IMG/VR virus record: IMGVR_UViG_3300037249_000709
Location: 64,001 to 128,000 of that record
Strand: one strand, 5' to 3'
Length of the DNA stretch: 64,000 bases
DNA from: a virus
Lineage: Duplodnaviria; Caudoviricetes
Below, one piece after another: positions 1 to 9,376 of this stretch. A program made the translations under genes and the position numbers. The notes beneath the pieces are model-generated. The model ran no database searches and was not told the DNA's origin. It was given only the letters and a program-made list of their open reading frames with translations. How positions within the stretch are numbered: position 1 is the first letter of the stretch; every line of letters starts with the position of its first letter.

Positions 1-15
1 TTAAATGGTTTACTC

Positions 16-189
16 TTACATTCTTTTTAAATAGTCCTGCCGTTCCTTTACCGTCTTAAAGCTCAGCACTTTGTTAAGATGTGCGTTTATATCTTCCGAC
101 TTAATAGCAGGCTTCGGCGGCATTAAACTTTCTTTAGCTCCGATGATTGCCCATACTATAAGGATTCCTACTATATATAAAATTCCCAT
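16..189 (-). CDS. small membrane-anchored hypothetical protein
   Basis: N-terminal hydrophobic helix; ATG at 189 follows a GAGGGTG RBS. Confidence 0.6.
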   Translation of the reverse strand: MGILYIVGILIVWAIIGAKESLMPPKPAIKSEDINAHLNKVLSFKTVKERQDYLKRM

Positions 190-205
190 TTTATTCACCC
201 TCTGT

Positions 206-233
206 TATAATGTAATTACTTGCATTGTTTCTT
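206..233 (-). promoter_or_regulatory. conserved 28-bp pre-RBS motif, copy 1 (AAGAAACAATGCAAGTAATTACATTATA)
   Basis: 27/28 identical to 6296-6323 and similar to 11958-11984. Confidence 0.7.
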
Positions 234-276
234 ACGCTTTATTTTTTAGGGCGGGAGACCGCCCTTTAGCTTGTTA

Positions 277-522
277 CTACTTATTTTTCTCTAAAAAGTC
301 ATCTATTGCTTCTTGTAAAATCGCACCATAAGAAATGCCAAGCTCATCACATTTTGACTTGTAATTTTCTGCTATTTCTTTCTTAACGCGAACAACAATC
401 TGTGTGTATGTTCGCTTGTTATAGTCGTTGTTTGCCCTATAACTTGTGCGTTTAGCATACTCTCTTTGCCTTGCGTTTTTTCGTTCTCGTGCTTCTTCTT
501 CTGTATATTTCCGCTTTGCCAT
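277..522 (-). CDS. ribbon-helix-helix-like small DNA-binding protein
   Basis: C-terminal TQIVVRVKKE..YKSKCDELGISYGAILQEAIDDFL RHH pattern. Confidence 0.6.
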   Translation of the reverse strand: MAKRKYTEEEARERKNARQREYAKRTSYRANNDYNKRTYTQIVVRVKKEIAENYKSKCDELGISYGAILQEAIDDFLEKNK

Positions 523-537
523 TACATTAATCTCCAT

Positions 538-966
538 TTACTCAGGTATTCGTGTAGCTCCGTCTGGTAAACTGTCTACCCAATCGGATAACAGCTTTAG
601 TTTTTCAAATTTGATTTTTTCTGCTTCTTCCAGTGTAACATTTTTAGGCGGTTCAAATAGAATGGCACGTTTCTGTTCTAACCATTTAAAACCATCTGGC
701 AAATTTTCCGTGTCGATTTGGTCGTACTTCCATGCAAAAGAAATATACATTGTAGTTGGTTCAGTTGCATCATTATGAGATTCGCAACAGCTCCATGTTG
801 TATATCCCTTATCATTAAGTCGTATTATCATATCTTGCATATTTATGTCAAGCCAGATAAGGTCTTGCGGCGGATAATATTCGCATACACATTTGTTAAT
901 CTGTCGTAGGCATTGATGACAAACATAATTTTCCAATAGCTTTTTTGACCTTCGTAAATTCCTCAT
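538..966 (-). CDS. hypothetical protein, Cys-rich N-terminus
   Basis: ORF with GAGGGG RBS; CxxC and LNDKGYTTWSCCESH motifs. Confidence 0.7.
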   Translation of the reverse strand: MRNLRRSKKLLENYVCHQCLRQINKCVCEYYPPQDLIWLDINMQDMIIRLNDKGYTTWSCCESHNDATEPTTMYISFAWKYDQIDTENLPDGFKWLEQKRAILFEPPKNVTLEEAEKIKFEKLKLLSDWVDSLPDGATRIPE

Positions 967-978
967 AGATTTTCCCTC

Positions 979-1443
979 CTATCTCGAATTGTATTGATTG
1001 TATTCTGTGATGTTATCAATAGAATGCTTCGCAGCGTCATATAATGGTGTAATATCAATTCCGTTTGCTCTGTAACCATCTTCGATTACATTGAAATAAT
1101 AAACATCAGGCGGATAAATACCTTTTCTCTCATCCGTCATAACATAAACCATAGCTTTCTTAACTTCGCCGCTGCAATCCATTGTAACGGGAATTGTTAT
1201 CCTTTTATAGTATAGCGGATAACCTTCATATCTGTCAAGGTTTTCTTTATCTATTTTATTTGTTAAATTCCAAACAACGACCGGTACAAAATCCTCCTCG
1301 TTTCCAGTATGGATTATGTCAGCATGATAATTAAAAACCAACTTCCAGCCGTGCAGTTTTCCGTTGCCGACAACCTTTGTATGTGGGCATCTACTTCTCA
1401 TCTGTTCAATATTCATATTGCTTCCATAGCTAATGTATAACAT
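979..1443 (-). CDS. gamma-glutamylcyclotransferase (AIG2-like)
   Basis: YISYGSNM, GWKLVF and LDRYEGYP motifs; AAAGGAG RBS before ATG 1443. Confidence 0.85.
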   Translation of the reverse strand: MLYISYGSNMNIEQMRSRCPHTKVVGNGKLHGWKLVFNYHADIIHTGNEEDFVPVVVWNLTNKIDKENLDRYEGYPLYYKRITIPVTMDCSGEVKKAMVYVMTDERKGIYPPDVYYFNVIEDGYRANGIDITPLYDAAKHSIDNITEYNQYNSR

Positions 1444-1486
1444 ACCTATTCTCCTTTCTGCCAGATTTTTTGATTTTTGAAAAATG

Positions 1487-1687
1487 CTATTTTTTAATAT
1501 TACGATTTTTTGATTTTCTTTCCTGTTCTTCAATTTCTTCGCCAAATAGCCATACAATATTTTTCAATTCTGAAAAATCCTTTTCGCCGCGATAAACAGC
1601 CTCGCATAACTTTCCGTTTTTCTGTCTTATTTCCTCTGCTTTTTCCTCTGTAACCTCTGTTCCATTGTGCAAATACCATTTCTTCAT
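1487..1687 (-). CDS. hypothetical protein
   Basis: ORF with GGAGG RBS in co-oriented cluster. Confidence 0.6.
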   Translation of the reverse strand: MKKWYLHNGTEVTEEKAEEIRQKNGKLCEAVYRGEKDFSELKNIVWLFGEEIEEQERKSKNRNIKK

Positions 1688-1704
1688 TTTATTATTCCTC
1701 CCCC

Positions 1705-1896
1705 TTATGATTCGACTGTTATGTGTAATGTATAATCATTTTCCTTGTTGCATAGATTATTTAGCTCCATTAGTTTATCTCTAAGCCGCTCGTTATCTTC
1801 TTTTGTCAAAACGCCGTCGGCTCTATAATGGATTAACGCTATATCCAATAACTGAATATCATATGTGTGAAGTTTAAATTCCATCTTCATTTTCAT
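1705..1896 (-). CDS. hypothetical protein
   Basis: ORF with AAGGAGG RBS. Confidence 0.65.
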   Translation of the reverse strand: MKMKMEFKLHTYDIQLLDIALIHYRADGVLTKEDNERLRDKLMELNNLCNKENDYTLHITVES

Positions 1897-1905
1897 TTCC
1901 TCCTT

Positions 1906-2256
1906 TTATTTAAGACTTCTTGCAAAGTCAAGCATCCATTTTTCGCTAACATAGCCAGCAAAAATGTTTTCTATGTCTGCCATAATAGATTTCAAATTGT
2001 TGTAAATAAACAAATCCTCAAACGCTCCGTTATTCAAATTGCCTTTAATCACTTCCGAAAGATTTACGGTAACGCCTTTGTTCCAATCTTCCGCTACAAT
2101 GGTTAGCTTTTTTGCGATTTCGCGCATAGCTTCATCCCATTCGTCAGCAGGATTTACGCAATCGGGATAAAAGTAAATTTCCACATCATAGTCCTTGTCC
2201 CACACTGTCAGCTCGTCAATATCTTGATGTTTCCGAATAAATTCAAAAAGTGTCAT
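1906..2256 (-). CDS. acidic hypothetical protein
   Basis: ORF with AAGGAGG RBS. Confidence 0.75.
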   Translation of the reverse strand: MTLFEFIRKHQDIDELTVWDKDYDVEIYFYPDCVNPADEWDEAMREIAKKLTIVAEDWNKGVTVNLSEVIKGNLNNGAFEDLFIYNNLKSIMADIENIFAGYVSEKWMLDFARSLK

Positions 2257-2349
2257 AACTAATTCCTCCTTATTTGTTAGCGTACCAGGTACTTTAGACT
2301 TCCTGTGTGTAGCCTTAACAGACGGATTTTCCGTCTGCCTATCGGTCGT

Positions 2350-2673
2350 TTACGCTCTTTCTACTTGACTTGCCGAAAACCAACAAGCGTCTTTCAAGAA
2401 CATTCTCGACTTGTCGATTTCTTCTCCGTTCTCGTCTATTCCTTTTCGTGTTGTGTATTTCCATATTGCGAATTTAGCAACCGCCTTTTCTCCTTTTCTT
2501 ACGGAATAGCCTAAACTTTTCCACATTGCAAAGGTGTGAATTTCTTCCGGCTCTGCGATTTCCTTTTTGCCGCCGTGTCCGTCATCAACGACGAATATTC
2601 TGCCGGTCGTTCCTATCAAACCTTCCTCCATCAACCTTACTTGCTCGTAAAGGATAATCATTTTGTTAGTCAT
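2350..2673 (-). CDS. ArdC N-terminal-like ssDNA-binding/antirestriction domain protein
   Basis: TFAMWKSLGYSVRKGEKA...F..SQV signature; AAGGAGG RBS before ATG 2673. Confidence 0.65.
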   Translation of the reverse strand: MTNKMIILYEQVRLMEEGLIGTTGRIFVVDDGHGGKKEIAEPEEIHTFAMWKSLGYSVRKGEKAVAKFAIWKYTTRKGIDENGEEIDKSRMFLKDACWFSASQVERA

Positions 2674-2686
2674 TGAATATTCCTCC

Positions 2687-3175
2687 TTATCCGACTTTTC
2701 TGTAAACCGCTTCGCCGTTACTAAATCTTCCGACACATATTATCATATCGTAACCGTATTCCGATGTGATTTTCTGCAACCATTTTTCAATTTTTCTCAT
2801 TTCCGACTTTTCCGCCCTCAATGCCTTGCTTCTACACATATCAAAGTAATAGTGTGCGTCGTCGTTGTCCATTTCCTCGTAGTCGTCAAACCATATGCCG
2901 CTTACAAAGAATTGAAAGCCTTCGTAATATCCGCCGATAACTTCCACTTTGTAGAATTGAAGGCTCTCGTTAAAATCTTCCGCCAGCGATGTTGCTTCGG
3001 CAAAATCATCTTCTGCATACATCTGAAATTCGTATTCAAGTTCTCCTTCCGTCATGTCCTTGCCGTACTCTGCACGGTATTCATTTTTCCAATGCTCTAT
3101 TGTATCGCTGTCATATACTCCGCCGATAACCAAAGGTAAATCATAATCCATTGTTCTAAAATTCGCTGTACTCAT
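2687..3175 (-). CDS. very acidic hypothetical protein
   Basis: ORF with AAGGAGG RBS, first gene after promoter 3205-3233. Confidence 0.75.
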   Translation of the reverse strand: MSTANFRTMDYDLPLVIGGVYDSDTIEHWKNEYRAEYGKDMTEGELEYEFQMYAEDDFAEATSLAEDFNESLQFYKVEVIGGYYEGFQFFVSGIWFDDYEEMDNDDAHYYFDMCRSKALRAEKSEMRKIEKWLQKITSEYGYDMIICVGRFSNGEAVYRKVG

Positions 3176-3204
3176 AAGATTTTCCTCCTTGATTTGTTTT
3201 CTTA

Positions 3205-3233
3205 ATTATATCATACTTTTATAAGTATGTCAA
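3205..3233 (-). promoter_or_regulatory. consensus sigma-A promoter with palindromic spacer
   Basis: TTGACA-17bp-TATAAT with extended -10 TG; CATACTT/AAGTATG inverted repeat; identical to 6365-6393. Confidence 0.9.
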
Positions 3234-3268
3234 TACCTTTTCTAAAAATTCTTGAAAAATTTTTCCTT

Positions 3269-3874
3269 TTATCCTCTCGATATTACGGTATAGCCGGTTG
3301 ATTTAATGTATGAAGGCGACATATAACCTCTTTTTCCGATACACAACCACCAATTACGCTTGAATTGATACGCCGGTAACATTTTCTTTAATCTTTCGCC
3401 GTTGCACTCGATAATCGAACCAACGGGTAGATTTTCCAAACTGTCCGGATTCTTCTTTGCTTTTTTCTTTTCCTCGTGCCGCTCTTTGCAACGTCGTCTC
3501 CACTCTTTCGCATTCTCACTTTCCGTTTCAGTTAGCAGATTTAGAATGCTAATAGGGCAGTCGTAATAATATGGATGCATATCTTCTGACATATCCTTAT
3601 AACCAAAGGTGTAGCCGGTAAAATATCCATATGCTTCCTTGCCCGTTGACGTGAGAATAACTACAGCAGAAACATCTTGTTTTTCCGTTGGTATCATCTC
3701 TAATTCCCCGTCAACATATTTTCCGATTCTGCGAATTGCAGCATAATAAACCGCACCAACCATAGCGGATTTTTCCACTCTAAAAACAGTGTCGGTACAA
3801 AGTGCGTCGCACTCTGCCTTTCTATCAACTTTTCCGTTTTTAAAATATCGTGCGCTTCCTACTGTCCATCCCAT
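3269..3874 (-). CDS. DUF6927-like protein
   Basis: MGWT, VYYAA, FGYKDMSEDMHPYYYDCP and AKEWRRRC motifs. Confidence 0.65.
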   Translation of the reverse strand: MGWTVGSARYFKNGKVDRKAECDALCTDTVFRVEKSAMVGAVYYAAIRRIGKYVDGELEMIPTEKQDVSAVVILTSTGKEAYGYFTGYTFGYKDMSEDMHPYYYDCPISILNLLTETESENAKEWRRRCKERHEEKKKAKKNPDSLENLPVGSIIECNGERLKKMLPAYQFKRNWWLCIGKRGYMSPSYIKSTGYTVISRG

Positions 3875-3896
3875 AATATAGCCTCCTTTATCTTTC

Positions 3897-4229
3897 TCAA
3901 CAAAACATCAACAGTTTTTTAATATTAAATCTTTTTGATTTTTCCAGAACATTTTCCGTTCTGTCTCTTGCGATTTGCCAGTTCTCGCCGTTCTTTACTC
4001 GTGTGTAAATTTCCTCGCAGTATTCGCCGCTTCCGTCATAGTGTTTGAAATACGATACTCTGCGGTATGTTTCCGTTGTTTCGCTCTCCGAAATTTTCTT
4101 GATAAATGACGGATAGTCATAATCATATGACGGATTGTAAATGTAGTTTGCCAAATCGAATTTATAGCCGTTCGGCGCTTGAATTTTCCGCAGCTTGATG
4201 ATGTATTCCGGTTTCATATTCCTTGACAT
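3897..4229 (-). CDS. hypothetical protein
   Basis: ORF with GAGGAGG RBS. Confidence 0.7.
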   Translation of the reverse strand: MSRNMKPEYIIKLRKIQAPNGYKFDLANYIYNPSYDYDYPSFIKKISESETTETYRRVSYFKHYDGSGEYCEEIYTRVKNGENWQIARDRTENVLEKSKRFNIKKLLMFC

Positions 4230-4241
4230 AATAACGCCTCC

Positions 4242-4472
4242 TCAAAAATCCTTATCAAAGTAAACTGTTACACGATTATCCGCGATGTCATAGTCATTCC
4301 CGATAAACTCGTAGACGTTGCCGTCGGGATATTGGATTATTACCCGCGCTCCCGTTTCTGCCGGTATGATAACGGAATTTTCCGTTACCGTTGTTTCGGG
4401 CTTGTTGGTAAATCCAACTATTGCCGCCGATGCTGCCAGTATTGCCATAGCTATTGCGATTTTCTTTTTCAT
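4242..4472 (-). CDS. small secreted/membrane protein
   Basis: MKKK plus hydrophobic signal-like N-terminus; AAGGAGG RBS. Confidence 0.7.
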   Translation of the reverse strand: MKKKIAIAMAILAASAAIVGFTNKPETTVTENSVIIPAETGARVIIQYPDGNVYEFIGNDYDIADNRVTVYFDKDF

Positions 4473-4485
4473 TGTAAAATCCTCC

Positions 4486-4824
4486 TTAATTTTCCGTAAA
4501 CAAGTCGATTATTTTCTGAATGCGATTATATACGGTATTGTAGTTGTTGATGTTCGGTAACAAGTAAATCGCCGTAAATTCCGCCGTGTCCTTGACTATT
4601 CGTACATTCTCCGGCTTCCATTCGTCGGTACAAGCATAAAAAGCAATGCTTGATAACGCGCCGCCGATAATTCCCGTTAAAGCTCTGCGTTCTTCTTCTG
4701 TTGCCTTGCGTTCTTCTAAATCGTGAGTGATAACTGTTGATGAAAAATCTCGTACCGCTTCGGCTCTGATGTTTTGGTCAAAGAAATTATCCGATAAACC
4801 TAATGTGTTAATAAATTTTTTCAT
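4486..4824 (-). CDS. hypothetical protein
   Basis: ATG 4824 overlaps upstream stop (ATGA); AAGGAG RBS. Confidence 0.7.
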   Translation of the reverse strand: MKKFINTLGLSDNFFDQNIRAEAVRDFSSTVITHDLEERKATEEERRALTGIIGGALSSIAFYACTDEWKPENVRIVKDTAEFTAIYLLPNINNYNTVYNRIQKIIDLFTEN

Positions 4825-4952
4825 TCTGCATTCTCCTTCTGCATTTCTTCCCATAGTGTTTGAATTGTTTTGTCTATCTTGTCAAGCGTGATTTCGCCGT
4901 GTTTGTACATATCCATTGCAAGGTTAAAAGCATCTATTATGTGCCATTCCAT
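4821..4952 (-). CDS. 43-aa hypothetical protein (not in ORF track)
   Basis: AAGGAGG RBS; MEWHIIDAFNLAMDMYKHGEITLDKIDKTIQTLWEEMQKENAE; coupled to next gene. Confidence 0.6.
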   Translation of the reverse strand: MEWHIIDAFNLAMDMYKHGEITLDKIDKTIQTLWEEMQKENAE

Positions 4953-4964
4953 TGTATAGCCTCC

Positions 4965-5264
4965 TTAATAGTTGATGTGCATTTTTGCGTGTTCTAATGC
5001 TATTGCGACTATCTCAGCCGGAAAATTCCCTTCGGGATAGTATCTCTTGATTTGTCCTGGGCGTGCTATTAACTTTGTAACAAGTCTGTTTGTCCTTGCA
5101 TTATAGATGATTATTATTCCGTTCGTTGTGAGAATGTGACGTTCTGCGCCGTTCTTGTGTCCATTATCAACGATAAATTCTGCATATGTAGTGCCTTCGC
5201 CGATTTCCTGGATGTGGCGTTCTCTAAATCTGCGTTCTTTTGCATAGTGTAGACTTTTTCTCAT
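4965..5264 (-). CDS. hypothetical protein
   Basis: ORF with GGAGG RBS. Confidence 0.7.
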   Translation of the reverse strand: MRKSLHYAKERRFRERHIQEIGEGTTYAEFIVDNGHKNGAERHILTTNGIIIIYNARTNRLVTKLIARPGQIKRYYPEGNFPAEIVAIALEHAKMHINY

Positions 5265-5283
5265 CTTTGCCGCCTCCGTTCTT

Positions 5284-5520
5284 TTAAACCACCATTAAAA
5301 GCGCTTTTGTCCTCGCTGATATTGCGTATGTAACGCCGGTGTCCTTGTCTCTGATGATGCAGCCGTTCACGCCGAAAATTCCGGTACTGTACATTATTCT
5401 CGTTACTCTGCGTTCACTAAGAAAACGCTTCATTGTGCCGGTGTCGTAGTTTGTAATGTTGACTGCTTCGCCGTCTTTAATCCATCGTCTGATGCGTGTG
5501 TTCGTCACTTTTTCAAGCAT
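5284..5520 (-). CDS. phage hypothetical protein
   Basis: ORF with AAGGTGA RBS. Confidence 0.65.
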   Translation of the reverse strand: MLEKVTNTRIRRWIKDGEAVNITNYDTGTMKRFLSERRVTRIMYSTGIFGVNGCIIRDKDTGVTYAISARTKALLMVV

Positions 5521-5605
5521 AACATATCACCTTTTAAATTTATTACACTAATTTTAGTGTTGGGATGGAGTTGCTTCGGGCGCAGCTCCTCAAAAGCCCT
5601 TTTTG

Positions 5606-5863
5606 TTACATTTCTGTAACTCCCTTGTATACTATTCGCTTCATATCGTAATAGCACAAATCGGGCGCGTATTCCTTCAAAAACCATCCGATTTGTTTAA
5701 TCGTCGTCATCGAATATGTGCCGGTACACTCGATAAAGCGGCGATTATTGATAATCTGAATAGTGATAACGCGCGTTCTATAGCTGATGAAGTCAACGCT
5801 ATTGTCGTCGTTGATGCAAACATAGCATTGTGCATAGGGATGATTCTTCAAAGTCTTTTTCAT
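5606..5863 (-). CDS. phage early hypothetical protein
   Basis: GGAGGT RBS before ATG 5863; ISYRTRV and YSMTTIKQ motifs. Confidence 0.65.
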   Translation of the reverse strand: MKKTLKNHPYAQCYVCINDDNSVDFISYRTRVITIQIINNRRFIECTGTYSMTTIKQIGWFLKEYAPDLCYYDMKRIVYKGVTEM

Positions 5864-5958
5864 AATGGAATACCTCCGATATTTAGTATTTGCAGTTACG
5901 GGCTTGTGACCGTCAACGGCTGCATTACCGGCAGCGGATTCGCCGCCGTCACTCTGCA

Positions 5959-6282
5959 TTAAATGAATTGAATGTTTGCGTAGTTGACACGCTCGTACAT
6001 TATCGACTCTTGATTCAGCTTGACCTTCAGCGACTTGATAATCTCGCAGATTTTTCCGTCAATAACATCATCTGATGCAATTTCGATTCTAAATGATTTT
6101 TCCTTTACGATTTCGCCGTTCTCGTGTCTGTAAACTCCGTAGCACTCGAACATTGTAAAAGCGTAGATATCAAAATCAATCAGCAGCGTGTCCGCGATAA
6201 TCTCGTGTGCGTTCTCTGTGTTGATGAGCTGCGTCTTTGTGATTTTGTCGTTTAATCCGACTGTTAATGTGTACTTTGTCAT
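5959..6282 (-). CDS. DUF3574 / SAM-lyase-like protein
   Basis: GVYRHENGEIVKEKS...LKVKLNQESIM pattern. Confidence 0.5.
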   Translation of the reverse strand: MTKYTLTVGLNDKITKTQLINTENAHEIIADTLLIDFDIYAFTMFECYGVYRHENGEIVKEKSFRIEIASDDVIDGKICEIIKSLKVKLNQESIMYERVNYANIQFI

Positions 6283-6295
6283 TGTGATAACCTCC

Positions 6296-6323
6296 TATAA
6301 TGTAATTACTTGGATTGTTTCTT
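6296..6323 (-). promoter_or_regulatory. conserved 28-bp pre-RBS motif, copy 2
   Basis: AAGAAACAATCCAAGTAATTACATTATA abutting GGAGG RBS; GC hairpin 6324-6345 just upstream. Confidence 0.7.
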
Positions 6324-6364
6324 GGGCGGCTCGTTGTCGCCGCTCGTGTTTCTGTTGTGTCTAT

Positions 6365-6393
6365 ATTATATCATACTTTTATAAGTATGTCAA
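6365..6393 (-). promoter_or_regulatory. consensus sigma-A promoter with palindromic spacer
   Basis: exact copy of 3205-3233. Confidence 0.9.
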
Positions 6394-6654
6394 TGAAATT
6401 TCAAAAACTTTTTTCAGTTTGTAGCATTGCACAAAATCATAACATTACATTTGGCTGATACGTACAATGTCAAGCAAATTTTCCTTTTCCTTATTTATAT
6501 ATAGCTTGTAGCAGCTCCGCCAACGCTCCGGATATTCCTTTTTTTGTTTTCTCCGTTTTGTTTTTTAATATTGGATTTTTTGTGATGTTCTGAAAATTTC
6601 CTATTGTTTTTTAATATTCCTATTTTTTGTAAATCCATCACGAAATTTCCTGGT

Positions 6655-8424
6655 TTTTTAAAATTGCTTTTTTCTGTGATGCCTTGCCAGTTTTCCGTAA
6701 TTTTGAAAAATGGTAGATTTGCTTTCCATCTTTCCGAATATTCTCGTTTTTCAAAATTCAAATTTTTTGTTGGTGTACAGATTTTCCGAATTTTTAAAAA
6801 TCATTTATCAAATTGTTCTTGTTTTTCAAAATGCAGATTTTCCGGTATGCAATACCAATTTTTCTATATTTTGAAAAATCTTCTTTTATGTTCTGATTCT
6901 CCGAAGAATAACCATTTTTCAAAATTCCGTTTTTCTGTTTGTGTTGTGCGGATTTTCCCAATTTTGAAAAACGCTTTTTTCTGTTCTGACTTTCCAAAGA
7001 ATGAATATTTTTCAAAATCGAATTTTCTTGTTGATGTTCTCCAATTATTTTGAATTTTGAAAAATCCTTTATTTCCGAATAGCTCCGGCAATTTTCCGAA
7101 GTTTTGAAAAATAGATTATTTCCGCACAAAAATTTTGATTTTGAAAAATTCTGAATTATTATAAATCTTCTGCAAATTTTCTTAATTTTGAAAAATAAAC
7201 ATTTCTGTTGTTGGTTTTCCAAAAATCCGAAGTTTTGAAAAATCCTTTTTAATAATCCATCATAAATAATTATTGTTTTTCAAAATTCCGTTTTTCTGTT
7301 GTGCCTCTCCCGTTTCCCGTAGTTTTTCAAAATTAGATTTTTCTGTTTGTTCTGTCCAATTTTTCTTGATTTTGAAAAATTCTATTTTGTTGGTCTGATT
7401 CTCCGACAAAATTCTATTTTTCAAAATTGCTTTTTTCTGTCCGGCAATTCCAATTTTTTAAAATTTTGAAAAATCCAAATTATCCGTGAACGATTCCAAA
7501 AAATCAGCATTTTGAAAAATTCTAAAACAAAACAAAAAAATCCTCGTTTTATTTTCTTGTCCAAAATTTCGAGATTTTGAAAAATTGAAATATCCTGAAT
7601 AGCTCCGCCAAAAATCCGAAGTTTTAAAAAATGATAAATTAATTTCTGATTTACCAAAAAAACAAATTTTCAAAAATGGTTTATATTTGCTCTTTTGCTC
7701 CAATTATTCAAGATTTTGAAAAATGATTTATATTTGTGATGTACTGCCAATTTTTCGGAATTTTGAAAAATTATTAATTATCGAAGAATTTAATTTGTTA
7801 TCAAATTGTAACCAAATTGTAATTATTATTTTCAATAATTCTGAATTTTGAAAAATGAAAAATTATCAACCAAATATAAAATTGTAATCAAATTGTAACT
7901 TTTATATTTAATAAATTTGAATTTTGAAAAATAAGATTTTGCCGGTGAATATATACAAAAAATAATGATTTTGAAAAATTGGGCGCTCTTTATTCTTGAT
8001 TTTTCAAAATTAGAGTTTTTTGTATTTAGTGTGCAATTTTGCATATTTTTCAAAATTGAATATTTTTGTAGATGATTTTTCAATATCGGATTTTTTTCGG
8101 AGTGAATAGCAAATAATCAGAATTTTGAAAAATGATATTTTGATTTTTTCGCTGTTTTTCAAAATTGCTCTTTTTTTGTTTTCGTAAGCAAAAAATATTG
8201 ATTTTGAAAAATGTTTTGTTTGCGGTCGTTGTTTTTCAAAATTGGGATTTTTTGAGCGGTCAATGCTGATTTTGCCGGTTTTTCAAAATTGAGGAAATTT
8301 GTAAACCAATACAAAAAAATTGAATTTTGAAAAATGTAAATTATTGGGCGGTCAAATACAAAAAAGTCGAATATTGAAAAATGGATTGATGCAGCATTCA
8401 AAGAAATTTGATTTTTCAAAATTG
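6655..8424. repeat. non-coding periodic array of about 37 (A)TTTTGAAAAA(T) boxes in mixed orientation, modal pitch 46-47 bp
   Basis: box centres counted by hand, e.g. 6827, 6873, 6920, 6966, 7013, 7059, 7106; spacers non-identical. Confidence 0.9.
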
Positions 8425-8436
8425 GATTTTTTGGTA

Positions 8437-8470
8437 GACAAAAAGTAAAGCCGGGATTACTCCCGGCGTG
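8437..8470 (-). terminator. intrinsic terminator after amidoligase gene
   Basis: GCCGGGA-GTAA-TCCCGGC followed by TTTACTTTT on minus strand. Confidence 0.7.
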
Positions 8471-8477
8471 TTGGTGT

Positions 8478-9320
8478 TTAGATTTCGATTTCGGCGATTG
8501 CCTTTTCGTACAATTTAACAATTTTGTTTGCGGTAACGTCTGCCTTGTGTTTGCGGTACTCTTTGATTGTTGGATACCGTCTTGTGTCAAACTCGGAGTC
8601 GTTGAAATGCTTGATAAAGTTTTCAATGATGCAGTTGCCAACAGCTTTTATAAACCTTGCGACACGCATCATTTGTGTTGCGTTCTGGTACTTTACGAGT
8701 CTAAATTCAATCGTGTTGGAGTGTTGCAGGTTGATGAAATTCTCGTGTGTCGTTGCGTTCGTGTAGCTATATATTGGAGCTGCCCAATGATTGAAGTCGC
8801 GTCCCCAAAATGCAGCGGTCTTGTCGCTATGTTCTCTGATTGACTCGCAAAGAGGAATAAATAAAGAGTGATAAAAGCGGCGGATATAATCCATAGTTTC
8901 ACGGTTGATGTATTCTCTGTTGCCATAGTGTGTGTGCGTGCCGCAGTCGTCATTGATTTCTAAATGTCCTTCCGCGATGAGCTTATCAAAAGTTGTGAAT
9001 GTTTTGCTGATACTATTCAAACCGTTGTAAATGGGCGACTTGTACTCAACATTCACGGTACAATCGAAAGTCGGGAGAAATTTTGCGGCGATTAATTCAC
9101 CTCTTGCGATTTCGTCAGAATAACTTGTTTCTAATTCCCATCCGAATGTGTCTTTACTAACTTTTGTTTTGCCGTGTCTCTTGTTGTTATCTGCTGAATA
9201 GCTTGCTTTTTCGTATGCGTGAAATTCGCACATATAGGCGTTACGCCCGCCGCGTCTTGCTAATGGTGTTTTGATTGTTGCCGGTGCAGTGCAGCCGGGG
9301 AAAGTACATTTACACATCAT
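8478..9320 (-). CDS. putative amidoligase (COOH-NH2 ligase, Amidoligase_2 type)
   Basis: FGWELET, EYKSP, CGTHTH, INL and TIEFR motifs. Confidence 0.8.
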   Translation of the reverse strand: MMCKCTFPGCTAPATIKTPLARRGGRNAYMCEFHAYEKASYSADNNKRHGKTKVSKDTFGWELETSYSDEIARGELIAAKFLPTFDCTVNVEYKSPIYNGLNSISKTFTTFDKLIAEGHLEINDDCGTHTHYGNREYINRETMDYIRRFYHSLFIPLCESIREHSDKTAAFWGRDFNHWAAPIYSYTNATTHENFINLQHSNTIEFRLVKYQNATQMMRVARFIKAVGNCIIENFIKHFNDSEFDTRRYPTIKEYRKHKADVTANKIVKLYEKAIAEIEI

Positions 9321-9376
9321 AAAAATGCCTCCTTAAATTCACGCCGTCGGCGTGTGTTTGTTTTGTTGACATCTTT

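Noticed and set aside
6655-8424. CRISPR array
   Set aside because: Repeat is only about 11 bp, flips orientation, spacers are low-complexity, and no cas genes are in the window
6586-8424. CodY box array
   Set aside because: Boxes resemble but do not match the 15-bp AATTTTCWGAAAATT consensus; only partial matches such as near 6588
6495-8641. ORF-track ORFs rich in F/K/N/I across the array
   Set aside because: They overlap in several frames on both strands, lack RBSs and simply translate the repeated box (FSK, ILKN, FQN, FEK)
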